This document shows positions 27,406-38,700 of a stretch of DNA of 64,000 nt, in pieces. The translations under genes and the position numbers were made by a program. The first letter of the stretch is position 1; every line of letters starts with the position of its first letter. A model generated the notes under the pieces. It was not told the origin of the DNA. It saw only the letters and a list, made by a program, of their open reading frames with translations, and did not search any database. Source of the stretch: Hydrolagus colliei (taxonomy: Eukaryota); assembly GCA_035084275.1 (NCBI GenBank), contig CM068750.1, forward strand, positions 9,610,001-9,674,000. Direction: 5' to 3'.

Positions 27406-27765
27406 CTGTATTTGTATATTAAGTGTACAAATTATATTCACTGCTACCAATTTTCTTGCTTGGTTTTATTTTCTCATTTTAATTTTTACTCATCCCAGTT
27501 TAACTGCCTTGTGGGATGGTTCTCTCTGAAAGAAAAGGGCATGTTAAACTGCTCACACGCCTCAGCTGATGGTACTCTGCAATGAGAGCTCCAGAGCTAC
27601 AGGTTGACTTGCCCTCTGATTTTCTCTCCTCCCCTATGGGTAAGCATTTTACTTCAGCTTGCCACCTCTCTCTGACAACTTCCCATTTGACTGAAAATGG
27701 GAACTTGCCAAGTGGAGACACTGGATAGATGCCCATTTGTTCTACCATTATGCAGCAATACACAT

Positions 27766-27837
27766 ACAACAACAACTTTGATTTATATAGCGCCCTCCAC
27801 GCCAGACGGTGTCTCAGAGCGCTTCACAATAGCGGAT
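27766..27837 (-). mobile_element. L2-like 3' terminus with (GTT)n tail
   Basis: acaacaacaactttgatttatatagcgccctccacgccagacggtgtctcagagcgcttcacaatagcgga; sister copies at 32776 and 54353. Confidence 0.8.
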
Positions 27838-29159
27838 CCCGCTAGGGATAACATACAGCAACACTGGGCTTGACTTCTGATACATTTTTCAGAACATTTA
27901 AAATTAAGTGAGCAGCAAAACAATTCTTTCATCATTGCATTGAACCCTTCCTTACTAAACGAAGTACTGTACCATTGTTTATTTTATGGAAACATGCAAA
28001 TCATAGAGTTCTAACAAGTATATGCACCAAAGGGAGTACTTAATGTTCTGGCATCACATAATTATGTGGCTAAAATTTCCTACCATAAAATCTATGTACA
28101 CTTTGAGCCTTCATGTTACTTTTTAATGATTTGCACAACTTGGGGCTCAGGTTACACACCAGAACAAGCAAAACATGACGTTGTGTTAATAGATATGAAT
28201 GCTTTGTTTAAATTAATTTGAATTTCTCCCCCTTTTCTTTTTCTACATGACATACAGCTTAACTTATCCTCTTGGAGGCTGACCTGCTACTGCAACTCGG
28301 CCAATACCACTTTGTAACTAGCCAAAAGGGACATGTACCAAAGTGGCCCTTTGAATTGAAGTCCCTTCTTGTGGGAAACACCTGACTTTCATTGGCGAGT
28401 CTCCGTGATCACACTGAGTGACTCACCGTTGTGGGAATTGCAGGCGAAAAACCAGCATCCCATAAATTGCGCCATTACATTCAGCCTACAGTACCATTAG
28501 GGCATCTGTTTGCCTAGAGAGATTACATACATTATTTTCGCCATCAAAATAACAGTATGGTAAAAACATTAACAATGGAACTGTATTTTATGAAGACCTC
28601 CAATGCTGGCTGTTGCTCTCAGCAGCATTAATAGGTTACCACGGGCAGTTCATCCTATCACCTATCTACTTAGTAGATTTTCATTATTGGTGTCAACATC
28701 ATAAAGGCAGGAACCACAGGCAGCACCTGTGTTAAATACAAACTCCTCTGACAAGTCAGAGCCACTTCAAAACCTAAGCAAATTATTCCCCTTATTACCA
28801 CTGACATTTAACACACATTGGAAATTCAGGCACCTGATGGCCACTTTGTCTCTGATTTTCTCTCCTGCACTTTCTCTGACAGGTTAGTGAGCCACCAGGT
28901 ACAATTCATTGTAAAAAAAACACAAATTGTCAACTTCTAAATTCTAGCTCCGGATCTGATTTGTTAATTCTGCAGTATTCCCCCCACCAAAAAAAAATAC
29001 TTACTCTCAGATGGCGATAAAAATGTGGACTATGGCTTGCTCTGTAACCCACAATACTTGGGTATTGTGATACTCAATACTTGAGCAGCCCTCCCTCCCC
29101 TCCACCCGACCCCATTCCCGATCCCAGATGGGGTCCAAAACATTGACTGTCCAGCAAAT

Positions 29160-29212
29160 GGAATGTCCTCCCAACATGAAAGGCGCTATACAATGTTATT
29201 TTGTTGTTGTTG
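29160..29212 (+). mobile_element. L2-like 3' tail fragment
   Basis: atgtcctcccaacatgaaaggcgctatacaatgttattttgttgttgttg. Confidence 0.65.
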
Positions 29213-29540
29213 ATTTATTCACTATTCTTTGTAGTCCCCTTCTCCTGAAATGGAACCCTCCATTGCCCTGCTGTGCTCCACCTTGTGGCACAGGTGAGGG
29301 AAGGTAAACATCAAGTCCATTTTCTCTGGGATTCCAGTTTGCACTTCAGGGGATGAAGAATTAAATTCACAAGATTAGTTTGGAGAAAGAAGGTCATTTG
29401 ACCCATATGATGTCATCCCATTACAGCATCAAGCTGCTTTTTAATTCAGAACATTCACAATCCTATATTATCTTAAGAGCTTTGAGTGTCCTGCTGATGG
29501 GAAAGACGTTTTATAAATGTAAATTGTATTGTAAATACAT

Positions 29541-29878
29541 ACTGGAGGAGTGCTGCCTTGTTGGAGTCCTTTGGATGAGAAGTTAAATGAGGTACCATCT
29601 GCCTGAACAAGAGGACGTTAAAGAGCCCATGGCACAATTTGAAAAAGGAAGGTAGTTTCTCCCAGTATCCTGGCCAACAATTCCACAGATAAAATTGGGC
29701 ATTCAGTTCATGGCTGTTTTGTGGGACAATGTTGAGTGGAAATTGACTACTGCAATCACCTGCAATCACAAAAACCACAAAATATACACAGTCACTAAAT
29801 TTAATTGAAAATCTTGTGAGATGTCCTGCCAATATGAAATTGCCAAATACAATCAAATGGAAGAATTATCATTATAGT
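29541..29878 (+). mobile_element. Deu-domain SINE with extended Deu domain and decayed tail
   Basis: ggagtgctgcc..tttggatgagaagttaaa..gacgttaaagagcccatggcac..tctcccagtatcctggccaacaattcc..tttgtgggacaatg. Confidence 0.8.
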
Positions 29879-32775
29879 ATTATACTTCGGTTTTTTTAAA
29901 ATAATGTACTTTTGCAACAACAAAAATGTAATGATGACATTCATTAGATTACTAAAATCTCCCCCCAAATTCTGCTCCCACTAATACAATAAAGACTGCT
30001 TATTTGCTAGCAATTTTAGCTGGTTTCATCTCAACAGGAGATTGGCAAAATGAAAGATCTTCCATAACATTCAGATTTAAATACTTATGTATACATGTAC
30101 AACTGTCTTACCTTTGAGGTATCCAGGACACATACATATGATGACATTTGTTTTAAATGTGTTTTTGTATCTCTACAATATACCATTTACATCATTTTCA
30201 TATTAACCATCAAGATATATATGTTTTACTCCTATTGCAGCATTTTTATAGCATGAGTGACAAAATAATGAAAAATATGAGTGACAACAAACTGCCAACC
30301 ACCATCTTGAGAATTGCAGCAAATAGAAAATGGCATAGGATGTATTACACTACTTATGAAACTTTCGAGTTTAATTTTATCCAGAGGCCTTGTAATTGCA
30401 AATATTTCATGCATTTTGCACTAGAACAAGACCCAAGTGTATCAACTCCAGCGACATAAGAAACGTTTGTGACAGAATAGAATCCAACTGCAAGTTAAAT
30501 TACCTTGGTTTGCATTAGTATTAAAGCATAACTGTGCATTGCATTACATACATCAATGGTTTAAAAAACCGGTTTGAGATAAGAGTAAGCTACAGGCTTT
30601 TCCATTCAGGCATTCTGGAGCTACAAGTTTTAACTACAAAATCATTGTTTTCAGTAGAAAAAATGCTGTATTCAATTTATTTTCTTGTTATGTAAAGTGA
30701 TATAATTGTTTTGATTAAGTTTGAGGTATTAGATATGTATGTGTTAGGACCTCTATATGTGCAAATGAATCAGCTTTTGTTTCTGACTTTCATTTGGTCC
30801 TATGAAAGAATGATTTAAATATTAGCATAATACACAATATAGAACTACTTAACACTTGGGAACATCCTGTGTTCTATCACTGATGAAATTTATCTATCTA
30901 TCTTCCACCCTCCCACGAAGGACAATAAGAAAGATGTTACAAATGTTCTCTTGATCAAAAACCTAGGTTGGTGAAAGACGATGGCAAATAATGAGTAGGC
31001 TAAAGGGAAAAAAAAAGTACAGACAGCTGTGGCCAAGCCGGGGGCTAGTGTAGTCATTACCGTGGAGATGGTGCCGTGGGTTTTTACAAAAGAAAGGGTC
31101 ATGATGGTACAATGTCACCCAGCATGTGCAAAAAGGATAACATCTGGATCCATACTAAGCCTCAAAGGAAGTGAAGAAATTTAACCAAGGTTGCTGTGAT
31201 TGTTAAAAAAAAACCTCAGTAAGGACTTTTCATCAGCAGCCTTCCCTGCAAAATCTGCCCAGTTACAAAATGAATTACACCAGGTAGGTATCGGTGATGT
31301 TTTATTCGCAGCAAAGAAGTGAATGTTAAAGTAGGGTGACTTGTAGCAACATAATAATGCATTCTAAAATGTAGACAACAGATGCCTCACCCAGGGACAC
31401 AGCATTGCTGAAACGGCAGGAAGCCCCAGTATGTTCACTTTGCACAGAATCTGTCTTTTGACAGCTGCCCATTTTAAAACTGCAGTAAACCTCCTACTCT
31501 GGGGTTTACTTGCTAGCTGAAGTCAAATACTCAGTCATTTTCTAGGTCACGAAATGTACAAACAAAATTATGAAACAAAATCTCTCTTTTATGGTTTGAT
31601 CAAAGTAGAAAATCAAATAACTTATCCAATTTAAGGTGATAATTAATATCTTGGCTGCCTCCAGTAACCAAAATACCTTGACATAAAACTTTATGGGAGC
31701 TACTGTTTAAAAGGCAAGAAGCTCTGGTGTTTTGTTGCATGCATTTAAAATAGATTATTCTTAATGCAGATAAAATATCAGGTAACTATTAGATGTAATA
31801 ATCTTTAGAATGTCACAGATATCACTGATTTGCCCAGTTCCCGCACACTTTTTCTGAGAATACTGATTAAGAATCAACTTATAAATCATTGCCATACTCA
31901 GAAAAAAAGCACATAATATTCAGAGCACATAGAATAAACATCTAACTCATCTTTACTGTTTATACTGTGCCAAATCTTTACTTGTAAAATGTTGTTGTTT
32001 GTGATATCTGGATCTTTCCTAATGTGAAGATGTCAGATATTTGTTAGCACCGAGGGAGAATGGATGATGAGAAAACACAAAAACGCTTGAAAATCAATGC
32101 GATTGGAGAATTTTAATCCCTGACACTGATGATTAATAACAAATTTATTCAATGTGGCCTAAAGCGTGCTGAATTAATAGGTCTGAGACTCACTTCAGCT
32201 GTGAACCTCTCAGTAAAAAGGATCTCATATTGCAGGTCTCAGTAATCCTTGATGATATCCTCCAATGCTGTGTCCAGAATGCCATTCAGAAAATGTCTGC
32301 TCAGTAACCCAATAGACAATATGGTGAAGACTCAGCAACCAAACAGACAATGGAGTGTTAATATGGGTGATCATTACATTGCTGAAAAAAACGAAGAAAA
32401 AAACGAATCATTATCAACTAGCTCACAGGTGTGAATCCCCACTCCCCCCTCCAAACCTATACTGTTTGGGCTGTGTTTGGGGTGTATGTCACTGGTGCCA
32501 ACCACTGGATTACCACGTCTAATATCTTCTGCAACCAAGGCCTTGTCCTTTGGAACTATGTCTAAAACACTTGTCTTGCGACCAATCTCGCTGCCTTAAA
32601 GAATTTCAAAAAAATATACTTATTTGACCATGCCTTGATTAGCACCTTCAAATTTGCCTTTTTCCCTATCTGGTACATTTCAAGCAGTTTAAGACATTGA
32701 AAAGCACACAAAAAAAAGCTTCTGGTTTTTTGTGTTGTTGCAATTTCCTCTATTCTAAGGTTACTTTTAATATAT

Positions 32776-32875
32776 AACAACAACTTGGATTTATATAGTG
32801 CCCCCCATGCCAGATGCCATCTCAGAGCACTACACAATAGCGGAGCTCGATGCCGAGCCAGGGGGAGGGGGAAGG
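32776..32875 (-). mobile_element. L2-like 3' terminus
   Basis: aacaacaacttggatttatatagtgccccccatgccagatgccatctcagagcactacacaatagcggagc; same family as 27766. Confidence 0.8.
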
Positions 32876-33115
32876 TGAAAATATATGGTGGGAAATTAGA
32901 TTTTTAGTCTAGTTTGTTTATCATTCAACACTCTGGACCCAAAATAATAGACAACTTGCTCCCATATCTCTGCCAATGTTGCTCTTCAACCAAGTGCAAT
33001 GAGATAGGTGAGAGTTCCTTGACCTGCCACATCCACTGATGTTTCCTTTGTTCCCTGGTATGATCCTAACACTCCCTGCCTTTCCTCAATTATTCTCCTT
33101 TACAGCCAGTTTAGC

Positions 33116-33496
33116 ATAGTTGTAGCTCTATGGTTAGAGCACTCGCCTTGCAAGCGAGAGACCTGCGTTCAATTCCCGGCCAGGCAAAATGTTGGACAAG
33201 TTTCCTTACTCCAAACACCTTTGTTTACCTAACAATGAGTAGGAATCTAGTTGTTAATTGATTGGAGAGTCACTTTTCCAAGGGTGATAATTCCTTAAAA
33301 ATAGAAAATAATAATAAATTATTTAATCAATCTATGACTGTTTGTGGGACACTGCTGTGTGCAGTGACTCCCACGTTTTGCTCCCAAAATGTACAGTTAA
33401 ATCACTTTTGCAATATATTCTGTGAAGCACTTTGCGACGTTTCAAAAACATGATAAGTCGCTATACCAAATGCAAGGATTATTACTATTATTATTA
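33116..33496 (+). mobile_element. Full-length tRNA-Ala-derived SINE (CORE-like block, Deu 3' part, L2-like tail)
   Basis: A-box tagctctatgg, anticodon arm ctcgc-cttgcaa-gcgag (TGC), B-box gttcaattccc, ttggacaagtttccttactcc, gtttgtgggacactgctgtgtgc, tail ...aaatgcaaggattattactattattatt. Confidence 0.92.
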
Positions 33497-33659
33497 AGAT
33501 TCATGATTTGCTATGTGAGATACAAGACACTGCTATCACTCTATCATTCCTATCATTACTCAATGCATTACTGCGCCTGTACACCAACTTGTCATCTGAG
33601 AACGATAAATTCTTGTTCTTTTTTCCATTCTCCATCTAATTTTCTTTTGTTTCCTTCCC

Positions 33660-33972
33660 TATAAGTGCTGATTCAAGTTGGGACATGGTTCCATGAATGC
33701 TGAGTGCTCTATGATACAGAGCCAAGTTTGATCCTATCCCCACCTGACCTCCGAGAACACTCAGAGGTCATTGGATACGGATCACCTGGAGTGGGCATGT
33801 TTTTTGTTTTTTGTTTTTTGTCCAACATTTTGCTGTTTTTTCCTCTCCTTCATCCAGGGATGCTGTTGCAACTCAAGCTAATCCAACATGGTTTTGTGAT
33901 CAAACTTGGAGTTTCCTTGTCTGGATGCTTAGTTTCATATTAGGCACTGGACTTACCAACTGAGTCACCAGA
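33660..33972 (-). mobile_element. Ancient tRNA-derived SINE relic (AmnSINE2-like)
   Basis: Reverse complement begins tggtgactcagttggtaag..ccagacaaggaaactccaagtttgatc and contains ggtggggataggatcaaacttggc..catggaacc; related to 61378-61665. Confidence 0.55.
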
Positions 33973-34802
33973 CAAGCTTGATATTGCTACGATCGATATT
34001 TCTTAAGTAAAATAAACTTGACAATACAGATGTGAGAATCTCCTCTCCTACTTTATTTTATTGTTGTAATATCAATACATGGGGAGTATCATTACTTGCT
34101 ATTTGACTTGATATCTTGTATATGTGATTTTATAATGTAAACTAGCAATACAATTTCCAAGTAATCGGTCACAGATTATATCCCAATAAAACTGCAGTAA
34201 TGGTGTCTCATGTGTTAATTTTTTTTTAATGTGAATGCCATCAGGCATCTACTGTGCCAAGTGAACTATCAGTGTGCAAAATGACAGCTGAGGCCAACAC
34301 AGAAATAAAATCACCCATAAAATGTTATATAAAACAACAGATACCCTAGAGTGATTTTTGAGCCAGTAATCTAATCTTGGGGTTTACATGACGGTTATAA
34401 ACTGCTCCAGCTTTGCTCTTGTGGTTTATGACATCATCTGAAACCCTTGATTAGATTGTTGTCATGCATTCACTCCCAGGTACCAATTATTCTACATTTA
34501 TGCTCACTTGGTATGGAGCAGGGGCTGTGAAAATTAATATTAATGCCAATGGAATGAAAAAGATTAAAAGACAAATGTATCAGACAGTTATCTCATTTTT
34601 CAAAAAGACATTTTGCAGTCCTAATGCAATGATTTTTAAAGCAGAAACAAAGCTGCCAATTTAGGTCAGAATAAACCGCCACCACTTGGCATACATTTTA
34701 CTGAATCCCATATTTTCAAATAAAACTCTTAAATGAGCACTTATAGATATGGTTTTAATTATTATTCCTGTTAAGTTTAAACAAAATTTTTCACTGCATG
34801 AC

Positions 34803-34910
34803 TGGTGCATTGCTGTGAGCAAATTGGCTGCCATTTTGGTATAAATATGCAGTTACTACACTTCACAGTGAAGCCTGTAAAGCGCTTTGAGACATGAAGG
34901 ATAAAGGATA
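34803..34910 (+). mobile_element. Deu 3' part and tail fragment
   Basis: ttgctgtgagcaaattggctgcc..actacacttcac..ctgtaaagcgctttgagac. Confidence 0.75.
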
Positions 34911-35042
34911 AACCTAATTGAGTTGCAAAATGAAAATTGAATATAGTTATGTTAGTTTTCAAGTTTTAAATCATGGGAATTTTAGTTAATTGATATTTAG
35001 TTTTACAAGTATTTTGTATGGCAGCACAACAAAACCAAACTT

Positions 35043-35105
35043 CAACAAATCAAAATTACATTTATAGAGCGCCTTTCACGTCGGGAGGACTTCCTAAAGT
35101 ACTGG
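35043..35105 (-). mobile_element. L2-like 3' tail fragment
   Basis: caaaattacatttatagagcgcctttcacgtcgggaggac is the reverse complement of the tails at 47149 and 59857. Confidence 0.7.
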
Positions 35106-36231
35106 GGGAGAAATAGGAGAACAAATGTGAGAAAATATTTTCAACCTGATCAAAAAATTAACAAATTCAGAAACAAAATAAAAGATTATAGAATCAAATA
35201 TAATTCAAGTAAAATCTTTTGTTACTTTTCTGCAAAATTGTTTGTTGATATTCATTTCATTTTCAATCAGCTCGGTATCTCATAAAACCTGTCATCATGT
35301 TTAAGAGTCTCCAAATGTGTTTGTTTGTCTGCCTTGCAGTACATACTTTTTCCTAAGTGGGCTGTACATTGATTCACCAAAACGTCAAAGAAATCCTGTG
35401 CAGAATGGCAAGAGCCAACGCTGGGATCCTGGGTATATATTGAGGTACTTCTGGAATTTAACCAGCTAAAACCATACAGTCTACCATTGGTAAGTTTCCA
35501 ACTGCTTGTTCACCTAGGACCACCCTGTCCACAGGGATTTGGGCTAGCAGAATTATCAGAGGAATTCAGAGCGACTTAGAGGAATTCCCACTCCTTATGA
35601 CTGGGATTCAGGGGGAAATAAACAAAGGTCAAAACAATAATCTCTGAAGTCGCAATGAACATTTTGAAGTGAGTCAATTTCCACACACTGGAAAATAAGG
35701 GAGTGTAATGATCTATTATTTGTTAACATTATTATCATCATTTAAACTATATCTAATTATTTTATACCCATGCCAACAGAAATAAATGTTTAACTGTCAT
35801 ATTGTGATAGACATCATGAGTTTGAATCATCACAATTTAATTGATGCTATTAGTATAATCCAGTGCAATTCTCAACCTGGGAGGCATCACTGAACTTGCA
35901 CAAACTTATCAACCTGCCATCTGCTGAAATTAAAAACCAGAGGTTCAAGGCATCTGATTTATCATCGACCAAGAATGTTCAAGGATTCATTTTATTAACA
36001 ACAGCAGTTCACATATATATGTGTATGAAATTTGTGCTTTTAAATCATGTACTGAGGTAGCTTAAACATTTTATCAATGATCAATTATGGGTACTTGGGT
36101 GTGATCAGTCACCTAATTGGGTTAAAAGGAGAATGCAGATGCTGCCGGGGGAGGAAGGAATTACAGCAATGGTGCTTTTCAGATTTCTGGCTGGTAGCTA
36201 AAATAACTGATAATACAGGATCACAATAAAG

Positions 36232-36430
36232 GTTCAGATAAAGAAGATTCTTCGCCCCATCAGTTCTCACCCTTTCAGAGAACTATTCTCCGGTCACACC
36301 ATTAAGCACATCATTAAAATGATTCAAGCTTCTTGGTCTCAATCACACTTCTGGTACACTATTCCAGTAGTCCATTGCTCTGTAGGTGAACAAATATTTA
36401 TTCGTGCCAGTCTTTAAATTGTAACCTTGT
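36232..36430 (-). mobile_element. Decayed CR1-like LINE 3' fragment
   Basis: tctcaatcacacttctggtacactattccagtagtccattgctctgtaggtgaacaaat resembles an antisense CR1 ORF2 end and 3'UTR. Confidence 0.45.
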
Positions 36431-36479
36431 TCTATTGTATCAGTACATCTCAAAGTTTGATGCAAAACTTAAAATGCAT

Positions 36480-36655
36480 TCAATAGGACTTTAGAAGCTT
36501 TCAAGAGGAAGCTAGGTCTTCACATGAGAAAGAGTCGAATAGAAGGTTATCGGGGAGAGTGAGGCATGGGTGAAAACTTGTGTGGAGCATAAACGTGGGC
36601 ACAGACCGGTTAGGCTGTCGCCTGTTTCCTTACTGCACATTCTTTGTACATGTCT
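36480..36655 (+). mobile_element. CR1-like LINE 3' end
   Basis: tttcaagaggaagctagg..gaaggttatcgggg..tgtggagcataaac..gcacagaccggttaggc..gcctgtttcc..ttctttgta, typical of CR1 3'UTRs in fishes. Confidence 0.6.
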
Positions 36656-38143
36656 CTTTGTTAAAAAAAACATGTACAGTATTATTACAAGCTTAGGAAG
36701 GTATCCTCTTATTTATCTGCTAATTCTATTGGTTGCAGTTGATATTTTGGTTCAGGGAAATCATTAGAAATAGGATCTAAATTCTCACTATGAAGTTTGG
36801 GGTAATACTTGTGAAAACTCTCCTTCAATTAATTACACAGAGTATCGTAATACTCACAATGGTAAACATCAATCCTTTTCCTGTAGATACAGTACTAAAA
36901 TAGACATTTTCTATGTATAGATTCAGGACTTAGGATCACAATTGTAGGTGGTCGTATGACAATCTCTTCAAGAATATGAAAATACAACCCAAAATCTGAC
37001 ACTGATTGGTAGAGTTCTGCACTTGAACTATGTCCAACTCAGCCTCTGGTGAATGAGATTTGAGGGCAGGAATTATCAATCCTGTTTCGCACTCCAAATT
37101 GGTATACTGCTGAAAGCAATAATAACTCGCTCCAGTAGTATAAATCCAGCATTAGTGTCTTCACTCTTTGAAAGTTCTTAAATGTGTGTCTGCAACGTAT
37201 CATTCCAAGGACTGTAATGGATCCATTGGAAGCACATTTTTCGCCTGTAAACTGCACTCCAGTAAATGGCTGATTTAAAAAAAAATGCAATCACTTACCA
37301 CTTATTTTATGTGACTGAATAAAAAGAGACCTATGCAGCTGTGTGCATTTAAGATACACTGTCCTATTGACATGGGAATAATATACTTACATCTTTCTAA
37401 CACAAAGATTGGCAGCCAAGGTTACAATGACATTCATAAATTAGCATATTCATCTAGACATGGGGATAGTTGATTATGTCAAACACAATTGATCAAGATT
37501 CCAAATAGACCTTTAGAAGCACTTTACCCCAAATGAGGTGAGTTTGAGCTACCTTTATGTAATTTGGGGGTAAATCTGCCTTTTTGCGAGCTTTCCAGCA
37601 TAGAATTACTGAATAAGATGGGATAATACTTTACTCAACAGGAAGGAAAAGTTAGTCCCTTGACTCAGGTTTGTCTATTTGAGTACAAGATTACGAAATG
37701 AATAGGTTTCTCAATAAGATTCTACAAGTAATAATTATAAATAATTTGGGTGTAGAATCAAATTTTAAAATTTAATGTGTTTCATTGATAATATGCTTGA
37801 GACTAATTACTTTAGGAAGAGTATTAGTATTTCCTCCAGGGAAAGGGTGGAATGAGTCTGATCTGCCGTTGTGTTGGCTCAGCTCTGAGGATACATGGCT
37901 GGCAAAGTCAAGCAGGTTCACCATAATCCAAGTTAAATCTTGGGTTTGTAAAGGTGTCCTCAATTCCGTAAACCCAAACCTAACAGTTATGATGAATTTG
38001 GTTTTAATGTCAACAGAGTGAAGAAGAACATGTGGAAATGTTTTGAATGTTAAGAGGAACAATCAAAAAAGCTTTATTAGAGCATTCACCATTGTAATGT
38101 TTTAAAATAAAATGAAGAAATAGAAAACTTTGCTTCCTTGAAG

Positions 38144-38700
38144 AACAACAATAACAAAATTACATTTATAGAAATGTGATAGAATTGCCTCCATGGACAT
38201 GAACGTAGTATTTGCATTGTTTGATGCACTTCAATTTTATTGCAATTTTTTGAGGGTAAAAGATATGTTTAGTGTAGTAGATAAGCTTCTTGGGAGGCAA
38301 TTTTAGCGTTGGAGAGGTGAAAATTCTACCCGAGCTCATGAGTTTCAGGGTCTCATGGTTAATAGCGGCCATCGAAGAATATGAAGGAGATCAACGTTTG
38401 GTAAGTCAGGCATCAAACAGCGACCGGAGTGAAGGCTTTGTACACTGAGGATGTGCCACCTGAAGGAAATTGATGAATGTGCAGTGAAATTATCAGCAAA
38501 ACAGTGAAAAGGGTTGGATAAGGAATGGAGGATGTCATCAGTGTAGACACAGAACAAAGCGAGAGTGAGAACAGAGCTCTGGAGTACCCTCCAGTTAATG
38601 AAGAATGAGTCACAATGAAGCTGGATAGAGTAGTTTGATAGTTGTGGATATAACTTGATGATAGCAATGAGAATCCCTCCATACAAAATATTCAGGCCTC
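38144..38700 (-). mobile_element. Decayed L2/CR1-clade LINE: RT core fragment plus L2-like 3' end
   Basis: ORF 38345..38737 gives RVLQSSVLTLALFCVYTDDILHSLSNPFHCFADNFT, resembling GVPQGSVLSP.LF..YINDL...YADD; tail acaacaataacaaaattacatttatag at 38144. Confidence 0.75.

Noticed and set aside
33116-33190. tRNA-Ala(TGC) gene
   Set aside because: No complete acceptor stem or terminator; runs straight into SINE body, so it is a SINE head
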